Part shown: positions 60,261-64,000 of the stretch, in pieces | Layout: each line of letters starts with the position of its first letter | How positions within the stretch are numbered: position 1 is the first letter of the stretch | NCBI GenBank assembly: GCA_963826115.1 | Contig: CAWGVS010000005.1 | Coordinates: forward strand, 576,001-640,000 | Reading direction: 5' to 3' | Length of the DNA: 64,000 nucleotides | Source of the DNA: an uncultured Candidatus Rokubacteria bacterium | GTDB taxonomy: Bacteria; Methylomirabilota; Methylomirabilia; Rokubacteriales; DASRDR01 | Made by a program: the position numbers and the translations under genes | The notes under the pieces: model-generated | Told to the model about the DNA's origin: nothing | The model's database searches: none | What the model saw: only the letters and a program-made list of their open reading frames with translations

Positions 60261-60611
60261 ATGACCGCCTGCGTGTTCTGCGAGATCGTCGCCGGCCGGC
60301 GCCCCGCCACGTTCGAGTACGAGGACGACGAGATCCTCGCCTTCCAGGACATCTATCCGAAGGCGCCCATCCACCTCCTCGTGATCCCCAAGCGCCACGT
60401 CGAGTCGGTGATGACCCTCGCGCCGGAGGACGCGCCCCTGGTCGGCCGGATGGTCCTCGCGGCGAAGCGCATCGGCGAGGCGCGGGGCCTGGCCGAGCGC
60501 GGCTACCGGCTCGCGTTCCACTGCGGGCCCGAGGGCGGCCAGGTCGTGTATCACCTCCACCTCCACTTCCTCGCCGGGCGCCGCGAGGAGCGAAAGGTCG
60601 AGCGACGGTGA
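60261..60611 (+). CDS. hinT: HIT family nucleotide-binding protein
   Basis: CVFCEI, FQDIYPKAPIHLLVIPK, GQVVYHLHLH. Confidence 0.9.
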   Translation: MTACVFCEIVAGRRPATFEYEDDEILAFQDIYPKAPIHLLVIPKRHVESVMTLAPEDAPLVGRMVLAAKRIGEARGLAERGYRLAFHCGPEGGQVVYHLHLHFLAGRREERKVERR

Positions 60612-61912
60612 CACCCGAGACCGAAGGCCGTCCAGTCCCACAGGCCGAAGGCCGTCCAATCAGCCTACGGCCGGAGCGCGCCCGCCTCGCGAACGGCCTC
60701 ACCGCGGTGCTCCAGCCCCACGATGCGGCCGACGTCGCCGCCGTCCAGCTCTGGGTCCGGGCCGGCGCGCGCGACGAGAGGCCGGAGGAGGCGGGGCTCT
60801 CGCACTTCCTCGAGCACCTCCTGTTCAAGGGCACGCCGACCCGAGGGCCCGGCGTGATCGACGAGACGATCTCGGGGCTCGGCGGCGAGATGAACGCCGC
60901 GACCTCGCAGGACTGGACCTACTTCCACGTGGTCCTCCCGGCGGGGCGGCTCGACACCGCGCTCGACGTCCTGGCCGACGCGGCGCAGCACGCCTCGTTC
61001 GATCCGGTGGAGCTCGAGCGCGAGCGGCACGTCGTCCTCGAGGAGATCCGGCGGGCCGAGGACAGCCCGAGCGCGCTCCTCTGGCGGGTGCTGGCGCGCG
61101 AGCACTTCGGCGGGCACGCCTACGGGAAGCCCGTCCTCGGGACCGCCGAGTCGATCGGCGAGATGCCGCGGGAGCGGATCGTCGACTACTACCGGCGCTC
61201 GTACGTGCCGAACAACGCGACGGTCGTCGTCGCGGGAAGCCTCCCGGCGGAGCGCGCGCTCGAGGCCGTGCGCCGGGCGTTCGACGGCTGGGCGCCGGGC
61301 CGGCTCCCGGAGCGGCCGCGCCGCGTGGCCGAGGCCCCGCCGGCGCCCCGGCGCGCGGAGGTGCCGAAGGCGCTCCACCAGACGTACCTCGGCCTCGCCT
61401 GGGGCGGCGCCATCCCTCCGGACGCCGACGTCTACGCGCTCGACCTCGTGACGACGGTGCTGGGGCAGGGGCGGGCGTCCCGGCTGGTCCAGTCGCTCCG
61501 CGAGCGCCTGGGGCTCGTGTCCGGGATCGGGAGCAGCTTCTACCTCCAGCACGACGCGGGGACCATCGCGGTGACGGCGCGCACGACGACCGCGCGCTAC
61601 GCGGAGATCGAGGCGGCGATCCTCGCCGAGGTGCGGCGCGTCTCGGAGGAGCTCGTGACCGACGAGGAGCACGCGCGGGCCTTCACGTCGGTGGAGGCCG
61701 AGCACGCGTTCAGCGGGGAGACGGCCGAGGGCGCGGCCTACGCGCTCGGCACGGCGGACTCCCTGTGGACGCTCGAGTTCGAGCTGGGCTACGTCGACGC
61801 CGTCCGCCGCGTGACCCGGGAGGACATGCGCGAGGCCGCGCGACGGTACCTCCGTTCCGATCGCTTCACGGGCGCTGTCGTCGGCGCCGGGGCCGGCGGG
61901 AACGCGGAATGA
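60608..61912 (+). CDS. M16 zinc peptidase, catalytic subunit
   Basis: SHFLEHLLFKGT (HxxEH), NAATS, VVLEE, YVPNN. Confidence 0.92.
   Translation: MTPETEGRPVPQAEGRPISLRPERARLANGLTAVLQPHDAADVAAVQLWVRAGARDERPEEAGLSHFLEHLLFKGTPTRGPGVIDETISGLGGEMNAATSQDWTYFHVVLPAGRLDTALDVLADAAQHASFDPVELERERHVVLEEIRRAEDSPSALLWRVLAREHFGGHAYGKPVLGTAESIGEMPRERIVDYYRRSYVPNNATVVVAGSLPAERALEAVRRAFDGWAPGRLPERPRRVAEAPPAPRRAEVPKALHQTYLGLAWGGAIPPDADVYALDLVTTVLGQGRASRLVQSLRERLGLVSGIGSSFYLQHDAGTIAVTARTTTARYAEIEAAILAEVRRVSEELVTDEEHARAFTSVEAEHAFSGETAEGAAYALGTADSLWTLEFELGYVDAVRRVTREDMREAARRYLRSDRFTGAVVGAGAGGNAE
60621..60658 (+). repeat. 14-nt direct repeat ccgaaggccgtcca x2 (24-nt period)
   Basis: Copies at 60621-60634 and 60645-60658. 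Confidence 0.7.
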
Positions 61913-63210
61913 GCGCGGTCGAGCCGGGCGCCGGGCCGCGGGACGGAGGACTCCGCCCGGAGTCGGGCCGTCCGTCCGGCGGCCTCGGCCCGGTGACCCG
62001 CCTGACGCTGCCCGGCGGGCTCACCGTGCTGGTGCGCGAGAATCGCGGTGCCCCCGTGGTCGCGGCGACGCTCCTGGCTCGCGGCGGGTCCGCCGACGAG
62101 GCGCCGGAGCTGAACGGCGTGACCGCGCTCCTCGGGCGCGTGCTCCTCAAGGGGACGCGGGCCCGAAGCGCGCTCGAGGTGGCGAGCGCGGCGGAGGACG
62201 CCGGCGGCGGCATCGAGAGCGGCGCCGACCAGGAGTACGGTGAGCTCCGGGTCTGGGGGCTCGCGCGCCACTGGCGACGCCTGCTCGCGCTCCTCCACGA
62301 GGTCGTCACCGAGCCGCGCCTCGACGAGGCCGAGGTGGAGCGGGAGCGTGCCGTCCTCCTCGCCCAGATCCGCGGGATCGAGGACCAGCCGGCCCAGGTC
62401 GCGGGCCGCGTGCTCCTGCGGGGGCTCTTCGGCCCGCGCGGGTACGGGCTGCCGACGAGCGGGGAGGAGTCGACCGTCGCGCGGATCACGCGCGCGGACC
62501 TGGCCGTCCGCCGCGCCGAGACGTACGCGGCGGACCGTCTCGTCCTCGCCCTCTCCGGCGCGGTGGCGGCGGACGAGGTGCTGGACGAGGTCGGGCGGCT
62601 CTTCGAGGGCCTCGCGGGCGGGGGATCGCTGGCGCCCGCCCCGCCGATCCCCGCGCGGCCCGTCCGCCCGCGGCAACACGAGGTCTCGCCGAGCCAGCAG
62701 GCCCACGTCCTCCTGGGGTACCTCGCGCCGCCCGTCGACGCGGCCGACCACGTCGCGCTGAAGGTCGCGAACGGGGTCCTGGGCGGCGGGATGTCGAGCC
62801 GCCTGTTCCGGACCCTGCGGGACGAGGAAGGGCTCGCGTACTCGGTCGGCTCCGCGTACCCCACGCGGCGGGGCGCGGGACGCGTGGTCCTTCACATCGG
62901 GACGGCGCCGGAAAACGCGACGGCGGCCGAGGCGGGCCTCCGGCGTGAGGCGGAGCGCCTCTCCGGCGAGCCCGTGCCCGAGGAGGAGCTCGAGCGCACG
63001 AAGGCGTACCTCTCGGGGTCCTTCGTGCTCGACCGGCGGACGAATGCGCGCCAGAGCTTCTATCTCGCGTTCTACGAGGCGATGGGCGTCGGGGCCGAGT
63101 ACGTGATGCGGTACCCGGAGCTCCTCGAGGCGGTGGGGACGGCCGACGTGCTGCGCGTGGCGCGCCGTCACCTGGTCGAGCCGGCCGCGGTGGTCGTCGG
63201 CCCGGCCTGA
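61909..63210 (+). CDS. M16 peptidase, non-catalytic partner subunit
   Basis: HxxEH replaced by ALLGR; LGGGMSSRLF..LRDEEGLAY; ATG overlaps upstream stop. Confidence 0.88.
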   Translation: MSAVEPGAGPRDGGLRPESGRPSGGLGPVTRLTLPGGLTVLVRENRGAPVVAATLLARGGSADEAPELNGVTALLGRVLLKGTRARSALEVASAAEDAGGGIESGADQEYGELRVWGLARHWRRLLALLHEVVTEPRLDEAEVERERAVLLAQIRGIEDQPAQVAGRVLLRGLFGPRGYGLPTSGEESTVARITRADLAVRRAETYAADRLVLALSGAVAADEVLDEVGRLFEGLAGGGSLAPAPPIPARPVRPRQHEVSPSQQAHVLLGYLAPPVDAADHVALKVANGVLGGGMSSRLFRTLRDEEGLAYSVGSAYPTRRGAGRVVLHIGTAPENATAAEAGLRREAERLSGEPVPEEELERTKAYLSGSFVLDRRTNARQSFYLAFYEAMGVGAEYVMRYPELLEAVGTADVLRVARRHLVEPAAVVVGPA

Positions 63211-63227
63211 GGGCCGCGCGAGGCGGA

Positions 63228-63974
63228 GTGCTCCCGCTCAAGGACAACGTCCCGACCCGCATCTTCCCGGCGGTCTCGGTCGCCCTGATCGTCGTGAACG
63301 TCGTCATCTATCTGTACGAGTTCTTCCTGTGGTTCGATCCGGCGACCGCGGGCCGGGTGTCGCTCGGCCCCCAGCTCTACGGCCAGTTCGTGGTCGAGTT
63401 CGGGATGATCCCGTGCCGGTTCGCGGACGTGTGTCCGCTCGGGCTCGAGACCGCGCTCGCCGGCTCGCCGCCCCCGGCGCTGACGCTGTTCACCTCGATG
63501 TTCCTCCACGGGGGCTTGCTCCACGTCGTCGGGAACATGCTGTACCTCTGGCTCTTCGGCAAGAGCGTCGAGGACTTCCTGGGGCACTGGCGGTTCCTGA
63601 TCTTCTATCTCGTGTGCGGCCTGGCGGCGGCGTGCGCGCACTACCTTCAGGACCCGGCCTCGGCCGTCCCGATGGTGGGCGCCAGCGGCGCGGTCTCGGG
63701 AACGCTGGGTGCGTACGCCTTGCTCCAGCCGCGCGCCCGGATCTGGACCCTCGTGGTCGTCGGGTTCTTCGTCCGCATGGTCTCCGTGCCCGCCTGGGTG
63801 GTGCTGGGGTTCTGGGTGGTGCTCCAGGTCGCGACCGGCCTCCTGACGTTCGCCCGCGGCCAGGCGGCGAGCGTCGCGTTCCTCGCCCACCTCGGGGGGT
63901 TCGTCGCGGGCCTGGTGCTGATCGCGCTCTTCCGGCGCACCCGGGTCCGCCGCCGGAGGCGGCGCTGGGCGTGA
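63228..63974 (+). CDS. Rhomboid intramembrane serine protease
   Basis: TSMFLHGG, HVVGNMLYLW, GASGA, AHLGGF. Confidence 0.93.
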   Translation: MLPLKDNVPTRIFPAVSVALIVVNVVIYLYEFFLWFDPATAGRVSLGPQLYGQFVVEFGMIPCRFADVCPLGLETALAGSPPPALTLFTSMFLHGGLLHVVGNMLYLWLFGKSVEDFLGHWRFLIFYLVCGLAAACAHYLQDPASAVPMVGASGAVSGTLGAYALLQPRARIWTLVVVGFFVRMVSVPAWVVLGFWVVLQVATGLLTFARGQAASVAFLAHLGGFVAGLVLIALFRRTRVRRRRRRWA

Positions 63975-64000
63975 CGGGCTGGACGACGCCCGCGGCCTAT

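Noticed and set aside
60621-60658. CRISPR-like repeat
   Set aside because: Only two 14-nt copies with a 10-nt spacer; no cas genes
61909-63210. M16 subunit lacking HxxEH as a pseudogene or novelty
   Set aside because: Normal non-catalytic partner of heterodimeric M16B peptidases

Overview
Very GC-rich bacterial chromosomal segment (roughly 70-75% GC by eye). Gene content and style resemble Ca. Rokubacteria/Methylomirabilota, but that is inference only. About 65 CDS and one tRNA-Ala(CGC); no rRNA, CRISPR array, transposase or integrase seen. Main blocks: (i) rlmN-mtaB-mtnP-pfkB-larE-larB-[TMTC-like GT-C/TPR]-[ThDP decarboxylase]-larC, i.e. nickel-pincer cofactor genes with no larA in the window. 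(ii) A form-II coxG-S-L-M molybdenum hydroxylase with mocA, coxD, coxE, xdhC, a MoeA-like gene and sufU-sufS. It is interrupted by two cassettes, one bracketed by a duplicated mocA 5' end. (iii) A NitT/TauT ABC transporter with two binding proteins, a divergent ureohydrolase, a lactonase, an M20 hydrolase, frameshifted glyQS and agmatinase. (iv) nfeD-slipin, a spermidine-synthase-like membrane fusion, an orphan RiPP-precursor-like 48-aa peptide and tRNA-Ala. (v) A small-gene accessory patch with sigma54 promoters driving a 25%-Met secreted protein plus DUF302 and a 26-aa membrane peptide, followed by a polymerase-dead PolX and ACC deaminase. (vi) A His-to-Glu pseudo-histidine kinase paired with a REC-HD-GYP protein, then HIT, an M16 pair and a rhomboid. 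Three reading-frame breaks, including one in the essential glyQS, suggest sequencing or assembly errors. All calls come from reading the sequence by eye; no database searches were run.
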